DNA of 64,000 bases from Spirochaetia bacterium (GCA_049519415.1 JBEKQU010000011.1:7538-71537), one strand, 5' to 3'. Counted from the stretch's first letter, positions 52,809 to 62,322 are shown. Numbers and translations are program-made. Notes: generated from the sequence alone by a model not told the origin.

Positions 52809-54452
52809 ATGGATAACACGAACGACGCGCCAGCAAAGAACGGACTCGATCCTGACCTCGCCGAGCTTCTCGAAATCGAGGAGGCGGAACCCATTGCCGA
52901 AGGCGAGCCCGACTTTCACACTCTTTTCGCCGAAGAAAAGCCCCCGGAGAAGAAGGCCGAAGAGGTCGATACCACCAAGGCTCGTTTTCCCACGATCATA
53001 AAGATCCAGGAAGACCCCAAGCCGTTCTTCGAGGATAAGGATTTTTACAAAAAGGTGCTCGCAGGAGAGGGAGAGGAGGGAACGCGCGTCCACGACCTCC
53101 TGGGCAAGTACATGAAGGCCGAGGATCCCGAGGAGAAATCCCACTGCCGCGCACAGCTCATCTCCGCGTTCTGGGAGCTGGGAGCCAAGATCGCCTACCG
53201 CTCTGGCGTAGGGCTGATCATGCCCAAGCGCTTGCTCTTGCGCTTCGGCATCCTTTCCCCCGGTTTCCTCACTCCCGAGCTCAAGGACATGGTGTCCCGG
53301 ATCGTGTACGAGAACACGACCGGGGAGCCGGTCTGGTACACCGACGAATGGCTGGAACGCATCTCCAAGGGCCAGGTCAGGCCTTCCACCGCGGATGAGG
53401 TCAAACAGAAGGGCAAGGATACGGCGAAGAAGATCCTGGACGCCGTGGAGAAGAAGAAGGGGCAGCGGGATAGCGAGGTCACGATCCTGAAGGCCAAGAT
53501 CTCACAGCTTGATGAGAAGGAAGCGCAGCTCCGGAGCCAGGTGGATGTGCTCCTGCGGCACGACCGCAACGAGGATTACGGCGGCCTGAAGGCCTGCTTT
53601 ACCGCCAGTCAAAAGGCCGCGCTTGCCCAGGTGCAGGACCAGCTCCGACAGCTCTCCACTCTGGACGCGCAGATGGCCACTTCCTACGCTGACCTGGTCA
53701 GCCTGGACAAGGAGCTGGAATCTCTGGGCCGCAAGTCCGAGGGCATCTCATCGGACACCGCCGTGGATCAGAAGACCGCGGTGGGCGAATGGGGATGCAT
53801 CCGGCAGATGGCAAAGATGTGCGTCGGCCGACAGGGAAACCACTTCCCCATTTTCCTGTCACAATTTGTCAGGCCCGCCATTCGGGAGATCGGCACTCGG
53901 GAGAACGTGATCCGTGAGATGGCGCAGGTAGAGGCGTTGGACCCGGAGCTTTTCCTGCGTACCTATAAGAGTCAAACCACGCGTATCGTGCCCAATATCA
54001 TCCTCCTGGCCAATTACGGGGACACGGGCGTCTGCTGGGAGCCGTTTGAGAAGTTCAACCGGTCCACCAGCCGCGGCAGGGTGGCAATCCCCATGTACCC
54101 CAAGATGCTGTCCGTGGCGGTCATCACGGCATTGGGGGACCTGCGATGGCAGGTGGCCAAGGAAAAGGCCCAGTATTATTGGATGGAAGAAGGGATCACG
54201 GGAAAGTACTACCAGTGGTTCACGGAGCACAAGCTCCGCGGGGACGTGCGGGAGTATTTCATCCGCGACTATGCGCTGTGGATCAACAAGGAAAGCCAGG
54301 GGATGCAGAAGCTGGACAAGGAGGTGCGCGGCATCTTCTGGCGCATGATGCCGTTCCCCCAGCACATCAAGGACTCCCTCAAGAACCGGAGCATGGTGTA
54401 CAACGAGCTGTACAAGAAAGACCAGAACATCGCGAAATCAGACGGGTACTAA
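52809..54452 (+). CDS. Hypothetical protein (547 aa), acidic N-terminus and central coiled-coil-like region
   Basis: Long uninterrupted ORF with ordinary composition and its own promoter. No motif was recognised. Confidence 0.75.
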   Translation: MDNTNDAPAKNGLDPDLAELLEIEEAEPIAEGEPDFHTLFAEEKPPEKKAEEVDTTKARFPTIIKIQEDPKPFFEDKDFYKKVLAGEGEEGTRVHDLLGKYMKAEDPEEKSHCRAQLISAFWELGAKIAYRSGVGLIMPKRLLLRFGILSPGFLTPELKDMVSRIVYENTTGEPVWYTDEWLERISKGQVRPSTADEVKQKGKDTAKKILDAVEKKKGQRDSEVTILKAKISQLDEKEAQLRSQVDVLLRHDRNEDYGGLKACFTASQKAALAQVQDQLRQLSTLDAQMATSYADLVSLDKELESLGRKSEGISSDTAVDQKTAVGEWGCIRQMAKMCVGRQGNHFPIFLSQFVRPAIREIGTRENVIREMAQVEALDPELFLRTYKSQTTRIVPNIILLANYGDTGVCWEPFEKFNRSTSRGRVAIPMYPKMLSVAVITALGDLRWQVAKEKAQYYWMEEGITGKYYQWFTEHKLRGDVREYFIRDYALWINKESQGMQKLDKEVRGIFWRMMPFPQHIKDSLKNRSMVYNELYKKDQNIAKSDGY

Positions 54453-54964
54453 AGATACTTCACCACTTCCTGCAGGTTTTTCCTCTGTTTCTGTCCCTTC
54501 TTTGCGAATCCCGGCCGGGGATATCCCAGCGGCGTGATGGCGTAAACCCGATCCTCTGAGGAGAGGCCGAGCGATGAGCGGAGAATTGCCGGCTCAAAGG
54601 CCGCTATCCAGCAAGCGCCCACCCCCTCGTTCTCCGCGGCCAGCACCATGTGATCCATGGCGATTGCCAGGTCGGTCTCGATGGAGTTCCACCCGTCCTG
54701 CCGGGACCACGCTTCCCCGGTCCGGCCCACGACGACGAGCACGTGGGGCGCGTCCTGGAACCATGGCTTCTGGTAGCATCTGCGGACCTGGGAGAGCATC
54801 TCCCGCGAGGAGACGAGGAGGAATCGCCATGGCTGCCGGTTGGCCGCCGAGGGCGCGATGCGTCCCGCGTCGAGAATCCTTTCCAGCACGGGCTTCTCCA
54901 CGGGCCGCGTGGGATCGTAGCTGCGGATGCTCTCCCTGCCGGAGATGACTTTGACGAACTCCAT
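54449..54964 (-). CDS. Nitroreductase family protein
   Basis: RESIRSYDP...RIAPSAANRQPWRF is the canonical nitroreductase N-terminal pattern. Confidence 0.85.
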   Translation of the reverse strand: MEFVKVISGRESIRSYDPTRPVEKPVLERILDAGRIAPSAANRQPWRFLLVSSREMLSQVRRCYQKPWFQDAPHVLVVVGRTGEAWSRQDGWNSIETDLAIAMDHMVLAAENEGVGACWIAAFEPAILRSSLGLSSEDRVYAITPLGYPRPGFAKKGQKQRKNLQEVVKYL

Positions 54965-54976
54965 GTCCGCGCGGTC

Positions 54977-55252
54977 CTACTTTTTCTTGCTCTTGAAAAG
55001 CTGCGGAATGTGCTTTTCGAGATTGAATTTAACGGTGATTTTCTTCATTGCCCAGCCATAGATGAGGAAGGTCAGCACGATGGAGGCGATGAACCCCACG
55101 AAGAGCAGAATCTGGAATAGCGTGGGGTTGGCGTTTCCGCCGAGGGCGAGCCCTATGATGAGGACGAAAGCGATCACCAGGACAGCCATCAGTGCGATGT
55201 TGAACACCGTTGCGCCGATGAAAAAGAGGACCATTTTACTGTTCGAGGTCAT
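54977..55252 (-). CDS. Small membrane protein (91 aa, two to three TM segments)
   Basis: ATG 55252 overlaps the lspA stop as ATGA. The sequence is hydrophobic with a Lys-rich C-terminus. Confidence 0.6.
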   Translation of the reverse strand: MTSNSKMVLFFIGATVFNIALMAVLVIAFVLIIGLALGGNANPTLFQILLFVGFIASIVLTFLIYGWAMKKITVKFNLEKHIPQLFKSKKK

Positions 55253-55785
55253 GCGGTTGCTCCTGTGGGTCGTGGGGGGATGAGGAAGGAGATGAACAGG
55301 AGGATGCCCGTGATCACCAGCGTCATGTCGGCGACGTTGAACGTCGGCCAGCGCTCCAGCCCGAAAATGCCGTAGAACTTGAAATCCAGGAAATCCACCA
55401 CCCCCTCGGGACGAAAGATCCGGTCCACGTAATTGCCCAGCCCGCCGCCCACCAAAGCGCCGAAACACCACTTCTGGAAGCGCGTCAGGGGGTCGCGCGT
55501 AAGGAAGTAGTACAGCGACAGGAGCGCTATCACGATAAGCGGGAGGAGCATGAACACTGTCCTGCGCGTGGCAGCCTCGATGCCGCGGCCGATGCTGAAA
55601 GCAATAGCCGGGTTCTGCACCCGGATGATGCGGAAGAAGTCGCCGATGACCTTCACGCCCCCGCCCCGGGGAATCAGTTTCAGTACCATGATCTTTGCGA
55701 TCTGGTCCGCCACGATGATTCCGGCGGAAAGGATCAGGGGCCACAGCCGGGACTTGATGTCGCGTTTTTTTGTGTTCAGTATCAT
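55249..55785 (-). CDS. lspA: Lipoprotein signal peptidase (signal peptidase II)
   Basis: Four TM segments and the motifs NPAIAFS, GNYVDR, VVDFLDF and FNVAD are present. Confidence 0.9.
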   Translation of the reverse strand: MILNTKKRDIKSRLWPLILSAGIIVADQIAKIMVLKLIPRGGGVKVIGDFFRIIRVQNPAIAFSIGRGIEAATRRTVFMLLPLIVIALLSLYYFLTRDPLTRFQKWCFGALVGGGLGNYVDRIFRPEGVVDFLDFKFYGIFGLERWPTFNVADMTLVITGILLFISFLIPPRPTGATA

Positions 55786-55863
55786 TGCGGCTACGATACC
55801 ATGAATTTACTCCCGAAGGCAATGACGACATCCGACAGCCACGGATGTCTTTCGGCTTGACAG

Positions 55864-57033
55864 GTGCCCTACAATCGGGAGGTGAGCACAATCGAAGTCC
55901 TTCCCGCGCGCACGCGCCGCGAGCGCGAGATATTCCTCACCTTCCCCTGGCGCATCTACGCGGGGGATCCCCTCTGGGTGCCCCCGCTGCTCTCGGAAAG
56001 AAGAAAGACCATCGATCCCGCGCGCGGAGTTTTTTTCCAGAGAGGTGATGCCGAGTTCTTCATTGCATGGCGTGACGGTGCTCCAGTGGGAACCATCTGC
56101 GCGGCCGAGGACAAGGCGTACAACTCAAGCATGGGAAAGCGGGAGTGCATGTTCGGCTTTTTCGAGTGGGTGCCGGACCAGGCGGTCGCGCTCGCCCTGA
56201 TCAAGCACGTAGCCCGGTGGGCCGCGGCGCGGGGGCTGGCCTTGCTGGGCGGGCCGTTCAACCTCGACTACGAGGACGGGTACGGCGTGCTCGTTGAGGG
56301 CCGGGATCGGCCGCCCGTGGTGCTCTGCGGCCACACCCCTCCCTACTATCTTCCCTTCTTCGAGCGTCTGGGGTTCACGCCTTTGCGGGGAGACAACATC
56401 GCTTACGAAATCCCGCTGGACACCCAGTCCGCGGCGCTGCAGCGCACAGCGTTCCTCGCGGAGCGCATCAGGAAAAACGGATGGATCACGATCCGGACGC
56501 CCAACCTCGACCGATGGATGGACGAGGTTGATGTCGTGCAGGAGCTTCTCAACAAAGCCCTGGCGCATCTTCCCGACTTCAGGCCCTGGGAGCGCGAGGC
56601 CGTTGTCGGGCTGCTGGAACCTTTCAAATCGTTGGCCGACCCTGACCTGGTGCTCTTCGCGGAAGTGAAGGGAAAAACAATCGGCTTTTTCCCGGGGATC
56701 GCAAACATGAACGAGGTGCTGATCCACCTCAACGGGCTGCGTTACCCCTGGGACTTTCTCCGCGCCCTGCGCTGGATGCGCTACAAGCCGCGCTGCGTGA
56801 CGATCAAGAGCGTGCTCATCCTGCCCGAGTACTGGGGAGGCGGGGCCGCGCTTCTCCTCATCGACGAGATGGCGCGCAGGGCGCGCGCCAAGGGGTACGA
56901 GTGGGCGGACCTGTCTCTCACTTCCGATGATAATCCCTACACGCCCGAGCTTGCCACCCGCATGGGCGCGCGCATCTACAAGCGCTACCGGGTTTACGGC
57001 AAGCCGGTGGAGGAGATCTTGTCGACGACCTGA
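55864..57033 (+). CDS. GNAT-like N-acetyltransferase family protein
   Basis: The C-terminal motif-A-like stretch is LILPEYWGGGAALLLIDEMARRARAKG. The start is uncertain (GTG 55864 or 55882). Confidence 0.5.
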   Translation: MPYNREVSTIEVLPARTRREREIFLTFPWRIYAGDPLWVPPLLSERRKTIDPARGVFFQRGDAEFFIAWRDGAPVGTICAAEDKAYNSSMGKRECMFGFFEWVPDQAVALALIKHVARWAAARGLALLGGPFNLDYEDGYGVLVEGRDRPPVVLCGHTPPYYLPFFERLGFTPLRGDNIAYEIPLDTQSAALQRTAFLAERIRKNGWITIRTPNLDRWMDEVDVVQELLNKALAHLPDFRPWEREAVVGLLEPFKSLADPDLVLFAEVKGKTIGFFPGIANMNEVLIHLNGLRYPWDFLRALRWMRYKPRCVTIKSVLILPEYWGGGAALLLIDEMARRARAKGYEWADLSLTSDDNPYTPELATRMGARIYKRYRVYGKPVEEILSTT

Positions 57034-57119
57034 CGGGCGCCCCTTGACTCAAATTCCCGGCTAGGGCACTGTAAAGAATACAATTTTGGTCATGTTTTCC
57101 GGAAAAGGAGGGTCTGAAG

Positions 57120-58280
57120 GTGAACTATTTCCTCAGCGACGATCAGAAAATGATCAAGGATCTCGCGGCGCAGATCGCACGGGAGAAGATCGCCCCCATT
57201 GCGGCTGAACTGGACGAATCAGGAGAGTTCCCCTGGGAGATCGTGAAGACCCTGGCCCAATCCGATCTGTTTCGGGTATTCATTCCCACGGAATACGAAG
57301 GACTCGGCGGCGGCATGTTCGAGATGTGCCTCGTGGTGGAGGAGCTTTCCAAGGCGTGCGGCGGCATCGCCCTGTCCTATGCCGCCTCGGGGCTGGGCAC
57401 AATCCCCATCATTCTCTTTGGGAGCGACGAGCAGAAGAAGAAGTACCTGCCGCGTCTTGCTGCCGGAGAGATCCTTGCGGCATTCGGCCTCACGGAGTCC
57501 GGCGCGGGAAGCGATGCCGCGGGCATCAAGACCACGGCAAAGCAGGAGGCTGATTCGTACGTGATCAACGGCACCAAGCAATGGATTACCAACGGCGGCG
57601 AGGCGAGCATCTACACGGTCGTGGCTCTCACCGATCCCGAGCGCGGGGTCCGGGGCTCATCAGCAATCCTGGTGGAGAAGGGCACTCCGGGATTCGACTT
57701 CGGCAAGAAGGAGAACAAGATGGGCATCCGGGCATCGGCCACCCGGGAGCTGGTGTTCCAGGGCTGCAAGGTCCCCAAGACCAATATCCTTGCAAAGGAA
57801 GGCATGGGGTTCCTCGTGGCCATGCGGACCCTGGACCAGTCCCGGCCGGGCGTGGCGGCCCAGGCGCTGGGAATCGCGCAAGGGGCGCTTGAAAAAGCGG
57901 TGGACTATTCCCGGGAGCGCCGCCAGTTCGGAAAGCCCGTTTCCTCCTTCCAAGGCCTGCAGTTCATGATGGCGGACATGGCCACCCAGGTGGAGGCCGC
58001 ACGCGCCCTCACGTATGCTGCTGCCCGGGCGATCGACGCGGGGGAGAAGGACGTGTCGAGGATCTCCGCCATGGCAAAGGTGTTCGCGTCGGACACCGCC
58101 ATGAGGGTGACCACCGACGCCGTGCAGGTGTTCGGCGGCTACGGGTACATGAAGGACTACCCGGTGGAGAAGATGATGCGCGACGCCAAGATCACGCAGA
58201 TCTACGAGGGCACGAACCAGATCCAGCGCGAGGTGATCGCCCTGGGCCTGATCAAGGAATCGGTGCGCGCCAAGAAGTGA
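57120..58280 (+). CDS. bcd: Acyl-CoA dehydrogenase (butyryl-CoA dehydrogenase-like)
   Basis: GTG start with AAAGGAGGG RBS. Motifs GLTESGAGSD, QWITNG and YEGTNQIQ are present. Confidence 0.9.
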   Translation: MNYFLSDDQKMIKDLAAQIAREKIAPIAAELDESGEFPWEIVKTLAQSDLFRVFIPTEYEGLGGGMFEMCLVVEELSKACGGIALSYAASGLGTIPIILFGSDEQKKKYLPRLAAGEILAAFGLTESGAGSDAAGIKTTAKQEADSYVINGTKQWITNGGEASIYTVVALTDPERGVRGSSAILVEKGTPGFDFGKKENKMGIRASATRELVFQGCKVPKTNILAKEGMGFLVAMRTLDQSRPGVAAQALGIAQGALEKAVDYSRERRQFGKPVSSFQGLQFMMADMATQVEAARALTYAAARAIDAGEKDVSRISAMAKVFASDTAMRVTTDAVQVFGGYGYMKDYPVEKMMRDAKITQIYEGTNQIQREVIALGLIKESVRAKK

Positions 58281-58290
58281 GAAGACCGTC

Positions 58291-59136
58291 ATGAAGATCT
58301 TTGTCTGCATCAAGCAGGTGCCTGACACCACGAACGTGCGCATCAACCCGGAGACCAACACGCTGGTGCGGGAAGGCGTGCAGTCCATCATCAATCCCTT
58401 TGACGTGTACGCCATTGAAGAGGCGCTGCGCCTCCGGGAGAAGCACGGGGGCACGGTCACCGTGATCACCATGGGCCCGCCCCAGGCCGCGGAGGCGCTG
58501 CGGGAGGCCATCAGTCTGGGCGCTGACAATGTCTGCCTGGTGTCGGATCGCGCTTTTGCGGGCGCCGACACCCTTGCCACCGCCTACACGCTGGCATGCA
58601 CGATACGCAAGCTGGCCAGAAATACTGGCTCAGGGGGCGGCGGAGCCGCCAATGCAGAGGCTGGCGCCGACATCATCCTCATGGGCCGGCAGGCCATCGA
58701 CGGCGATACCGGGCAGGTCGGCCCCGGCGTTGCTGAGAACCTGGGCATCAGCCATATCACGGACATCCGCAAGATCGAGGAGATCGCGGACGGCCGGATA
58801 GTTGTGGAGCGGCTCCTTGAAGAAGGATACGCGCGCATCGCCGCCCGGTTGCCGGTCGTGCTCACCGTGGTCAAGGAGATCAATGTGCCCCGGCTTCCGT
58901 CTTTGAAGGGCAAGATGGCTGCCCGCAAGGCGGAGATCCCCGTGCTGAAGGCCGCCGATATCGGCGCCGACGTCGAACGGCTCGGACTGAACGGGTCTCC
59001 CACCCAGGTCATGAAGATTTTCACGCCGCCCAAGCCGTCGGGCGGAAAGAGGTTCACCGGAGAGCCCGCGGAAACCGTGGCCGCGCTGCTCTCAGAGCTC
59101 ACGGCAGCGGGCATCACCATCCGGAGGGCCACCTGA
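58291..59136 (+). CDS. etfB: Electron transfer flavoprotein beta subunit
   Basis: MKIFVCIKQVPDT is the typical N-terminus, and the GRQAIDGDTGQVG motif is present. Confidence 0.9.
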   Translation: MKIFVCIKQVPDTTNVRINPETNTLVREGVQSIINPFDVYAIEEALRLREKHGGTVTVITMGPPQAAEALREAISLGADNVCLVSDRAFAGADTLATAYTLACTIRKLARNTGSGGGGAANAEAGADIILMGRQAIDGDTGQVGPGVAENLGISHITDIRKIEEIADGRIVVERLLEEGYARIAARLPVVLTVVKEINVPRLPSLKGKMAARKAEIPVLKAADIGADVERLGLNGSPTQVMKIFTPPKPSGGKRFTGEPAETVAALLSELTAAGITIRRAT

Positions 59137-60386
59137 TGGACCCCATTCGCGTCATCATCCAGAACTGCGTCGGCTGCAACCTCTGCGTCAAGGCCTGCCC
59201 CTATAGCGCCATCGCGCTCTCAGGTGCGCCGGGCGCCAGGCCTGACAAGCCGACGGCCGTCATCGACCTGGGGAAGTGCACCATCTGCGGGGCATGCGTG
59301 GAGGCGTGCAAGCGCTACAATGCCATCGTCATCACGCGCAGCACCTACAAAGGCCAGGACATCGCAAAATACGCGGGGATCTGCGTGTACGCCGAGCATC
59401 GGCTGGGCAGGCTGGCATCAGTGGTGCCCGAGATCATCGGCGCGGCAAGAGATCTGCAGAAGGCGCTGTCCGTGCCCGTGACCGCCATCATTGTGGGAAA
59501 CGGGGTGCGGAAGTTCGCCGACGAGCTTCTCTCCTACGGTGTGGACGCAGTGTGGATGATCGACAACCCTTCCATCGGCGATTTCGACGAGGACGTGCAC
59601 GCGGAGTTGGTGTCCGAGATCCTCATGGAGAAGAGGCCCGAGATTTTCCTCGGCGGCGGCACCGTTGTGGGCCGGTCCCTGCTCCCCCGGGTGGCTGCAA
59701 GGATCCTGAGCGGCCTCACGGCCGACTGCACGGAGCTCTCCATCGATCCTGAAACGCGATTCATGCGCCAGACCCGTCCGGCGTTCGGCGGGAACATCAT
59801 GGCCACGATCCTCACGCAGAACCACAGGCCACAGATGGCCACGGTGCGGCACAAGGTGATGAAGCCCGCCGAAAAGGTGGCCGATCCAAAAGGCGCCATC
59901 GTCGAGTTTTCCCACATCCCGGTTCCGAAATCCCGTCTTGAGTTCCTCGAGTTCGTGGAGGAGAAGACCTCGACCGTGAACCTCGTGGAGGCAGACGTCA
60001 TCGTCTCCGGCGGCCGGGGCATCAAGGACCCGAAGAACTTTGCGCTGATAGAAAAGCTCGCCCTTGCCACGGGAGGCGCCGTGGGCGCCTCCCGCGCCGC
60101 CGTGGACGCAGGCTGGATCCCCTATTCCCACCAGGTGGGCCAGACCGGGAAAACAGTGAAACCCAAGGTCTACATCGCCTGCGGGATCAGCGGCGCCATC
60201 CAGCACCTTGCAGGCATGAAGGGCTCCGACATGATCGTTGCCATCAACTCAGATCCCAATGCCCCCATCTTCGACGTTGCCCACTTCGGCATCGTGGGCG
60301 ACCTGTTCCAGGTGATACCGGAGCTGGTGAGACGGCTGGAGAACGGGGGGCAGGGGGCGGTGCAGCCTGGACTGACGAGCGCTTGA
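59136..60386 (+). CDS. etfA: Electron transfer flavoprotein alpha subunit with N-terminal 2x[4Fe-4S] ferredoxin domain
   Basis: [12 protein letters not shown] and [12 protein letters not shown] clusters are followed by the EtfA core, with the FAD motif [15 protein letters not shown]. Confidence 0.9.
   Translation: MDPIRVIIQNCVGCNLCVKACPYSAIALSGAPGARPDKPTAVIDLGKCTICGACVEACKRYNAIVITRSTYKGQDIAKYAGICVYAEHRLGRLASVVPEIIGAARDLQKALSVPVTAIIVGNGVRKFADELLSYGVDAVWMIDNPSIGDFDEDVHAELVSEILMEKRPEIFLGGGTVVGRSLLPRVAARILSGLTADCTELSIDPETRFMRQTRPAFGGNIMATILTQNHRPQMATVRHKVMKPAEKVADPKGAIVEFSHIPVPKSRLEFLEFVEEKTSTVNLVEADVIVSGGRGIKDPKNFALIEKLALATGGAVGASRAAVDAGWIPYSHQVGQTGKTVKPKVYIACGISGAIQHLAGMKGSDMIVAINSDPNAPIFDVAHFGIVGDLFQVIPELVRRLENGGQGAVQPGLTSA
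60174..60213 (+). repeat. 40-nt repeat, copy 1 (inside etfA, FAD-motif codons)
   Basis: It matches 61439-61478 at 38 of 40 positions. Both differences are synonymous third-codon positions in the etfA frame. Confidence 0.85.
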
Positions 60387-60472
60387 CGGCTTCGCCAGGG
60401 TGATGTACTACGGCCATTGAACTGGGCGGCCGATTATCTGAATTGGAAACCAGGAAGGAAGTTGGGGCCGGG

Positions 60473-60859
60473 ATGGAAGGAAAGTGCAACGCACTCCTCA
60501 TGGCTGATAAGATCATCAGAGAGGACAATGGCAAGCGTGGAATCATTGGATCCTTTAACACGTTCAGTTTTCCAATCTTTCCTTTCACCGCGCCGCCCTT
60601 CTTTGTCTATGCAAACCTCGAAGATTTCGAAGGAGATCATGAGTTTTCTGTGACGATAGCTCGTGAAGGCGCCGAACTTGTGGTTTTCTCAGCGGGCGGT
60701 GAGATACATTTCCAAGATGAGAATCGAGAAGCGGAGATCCTTGTTCCTGCTTTTGGCGTGACCTTTCCCAAGGAAGGCAGCTATAATCTGATTCTCAGGA
60801 TTGGGAATAGCCTGTATGGGTCAAGAAGGATTACGGTGAACAGGATGCCAACTCCATAA
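60473..60859 (+). CDS. Hypothetical protein (128 aa), possibly DUF6941-like
   Basis: The ORF lies directly upstream of the mazEF-like pair, with a 14-nt gap. The start is uncertain (ATG 60473 or TTG 60443). The family idea is from memory only. Confidence 0.5.
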   Translation: MEGKCNALLMADKIIREDNGKRGIIGSFNTFSFPIFPFTAPPFFVYANLEDFEGDHEFSVTIAREGAELVVFSAGGEIHFQDENREAEILVPAFGVTFPKEGSYNLILRIGNSLYGSRRITVNRMPTP

Positions 60860-60873
60860 ACAGGAGGTGCGGG

Positions 60874-61074
60874 ATGTCGGACTCGTCGCTTGTTATCGGC
60901 ACAATTTATACTCCTCATTCTGCGTCAGCGGAGCCTTCTTTCGCGGCTAACAATGCTCAAGAAATAGTGATTGAACCGACGGATCTCGGCAGGGAGTTCA
61001 TGCTCGCCTCAGTGAAGTCGCTCATGTCGGTGTGGATGACTCCTGACGAGGAGGAGGCTTGGAAGGATCTATGA
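60874..61074 (+). CDS. Antitoxin partner of MazF-like toxin
   Basis: AGGAGG RBS. 66 aa with an acidic C-terminus (WMTPDEEEAWKDL). ATGA overlap with the toxin gene. Confidence 0.6.
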   Translation: MSDSSLVIGTIYTPHSASAEPSFAANNAQEIVIEPTDLGREFMLASVKSLMSVWMTPDEEEAWKDL

Positions 61075-61385
61075 AGGGGGAAGTCGTGGTCGTTCCCTTT
61101 CCTTTTTCGAACATATCCCAATCCAAGAATCGTCCGGCGCTTGTCTTGATTGATTTGCCGGGAGCCGATGCAGTCATGGCCGCAATCACATCAACGGGAA
61201 CAGAGCCCCACACGATTGCGCTCGAACAAAAGGATTTTCAGACGGGTTCGCTCCCTCACATGTCCTATATACACCCCGTCAAGCTATTCACATTTCAAAA
61301 GAACCTTATCAGGAAAGTTGTCGGCAACATCACCGAAACGAAACGCAGGGAAGTCGTCACGAAGATAGCGGCTCTGCTAGGATAA
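61071..61385 (+). CDS. mazF: MazF/PemK-family toxin (mRNA interferase)
   Basis: MKGEVVVVPFPFSN...KNRPALVL...ITS is the PemK/MazF N-terminal pattern. Confidence 0.8.
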   Translation: MKGEVVVVPFPFSNISQSKNRPALVLIDLPGADAVMAAITSTGTEPHTIALEQKDFQTGSLPHMSYIHPVKLFTFQKNLIRKVVGNITETKRREVVTKIAALLG

Positions 61386-61438
61386 TTCCTCTTGTCGATT
61401 GCTCATCCGCTGGCCAATCGCTGAAGCGTCCCCTCTCT

Positions 61439-61478
61439 ATTGCCTGCGGGATCAGCGGTGCCATCCAGCACCTTGCAG
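61439..61478 (+). repeat. 40-nt repeat, copy 2 (orphan etfA-motif fragment)
   Basis: See copy 1. The flanking sequence on both sides is unrelated to etfA. Confidence 0.85.
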
Positions 61479-61481
61479 ACT

Positions 61482-62180
61482 TCAGACAAGTTGGGAAAGC
61501 AGATTCAGGAGCGGCACGACGACCGGCTTTCCCACGGAGAAACAATTCTTCCGCACCTGGTCAAGGAAGAGAACGGCCGGGAAGGCGTGAGGAACTCCCA
61601 GCTGCTCATGATAATAGGAAAACGCCTTTGAGAGCGATGTGTCGGACGATTTCACCTCTACAAGAAACCATGGTTTGCCGTCCCGCACAATGCAGAAGTC
61701 CACTTCGCGCTTCTCCTTGTCGCGAAGATAGAACAGATCATACGTTCCCGGCCCCGTGTCTGTCCAAAAGTGGACCGCCTTGAGAAGATGAGATGCCACG
61801 AAGTTCTCCAGCCGGGAACCGGCATCGGTAACAAGCGACCAGTCCCAGAGGAAGAGCTTGGGCTGCTTCAGAAGGCTTTTGGCGATGTTCTTGTGCCAGG
61901 GCCGGATGATAAAAACGGTATACAGCGACTCCAGGATTGCCAGCCACCTGCGGATGGAGTCGACGGACACTCCGACCTTTTCCGCGAGCGACGCATAGTT
62001 GAGAAGGTGTCCCGCCTGTTCCTTCAACAGTGCGGCCAGCAGCTCCACCTGCCGAGCCTGATGAACATTGGAAACGTCCCTCAGGTCTTCCCGGAAGAGT
62101 TGTTGTTCGCGCAGGGGTCTCCATCGATTGGTGAAGCGCGCTTGCTCCTTGAAAAATGGATATTCTTGCCGCGGAATCGT
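61482..62180 (-). pseudogene. Truncated DUF4143-family ATPase gene (AAA_14 N-terminal domain missing)
   Basis: The C-terminal two thirds match the AAA_14/DUF4143 family pattern (FREDLRDV...LLAALLKEQAGHLLNYASLAEKVGVSVDSIRRWLAILESLY...PW...K.PKLF.WD). There is no Walker motif and no plausible start. The upstream part of the ORF runs into the neighbouring gene. Confidence 0.55.
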
Positions 62181-62322
62181 CAAGACCAAAAAAAGGCCAA
62201 TCGTAAAACGGTCCGAACCAAAATGCGATGGGCCGCGTAATGGTCCTGGCCGCTGTTGCCCGTGCCTACCGCTACACGCGTGCGTGCCCGCGCGCTCGGG
62301 CCCAGGCGCTCGACGGCTCTGC

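Noticed and set aside
55857-55877. TTGACA followed 7 nt later by TACAAT upstream of the GNAT-like gene, as a promoter.
   Set aside because: The spacer is far too short for a sigma70 promoter. No acceptable -35 box lies at 16-18 nt from TACAAT, so no promoter was called.
54977-55891. 304-aa minus-strand ORF.
   Set aside because: It is a composite. Only the last 91 codons look like a real membrane protein. The rest overlaps the well-supported lspA gene in another frame and is Arg/Pro-rich.
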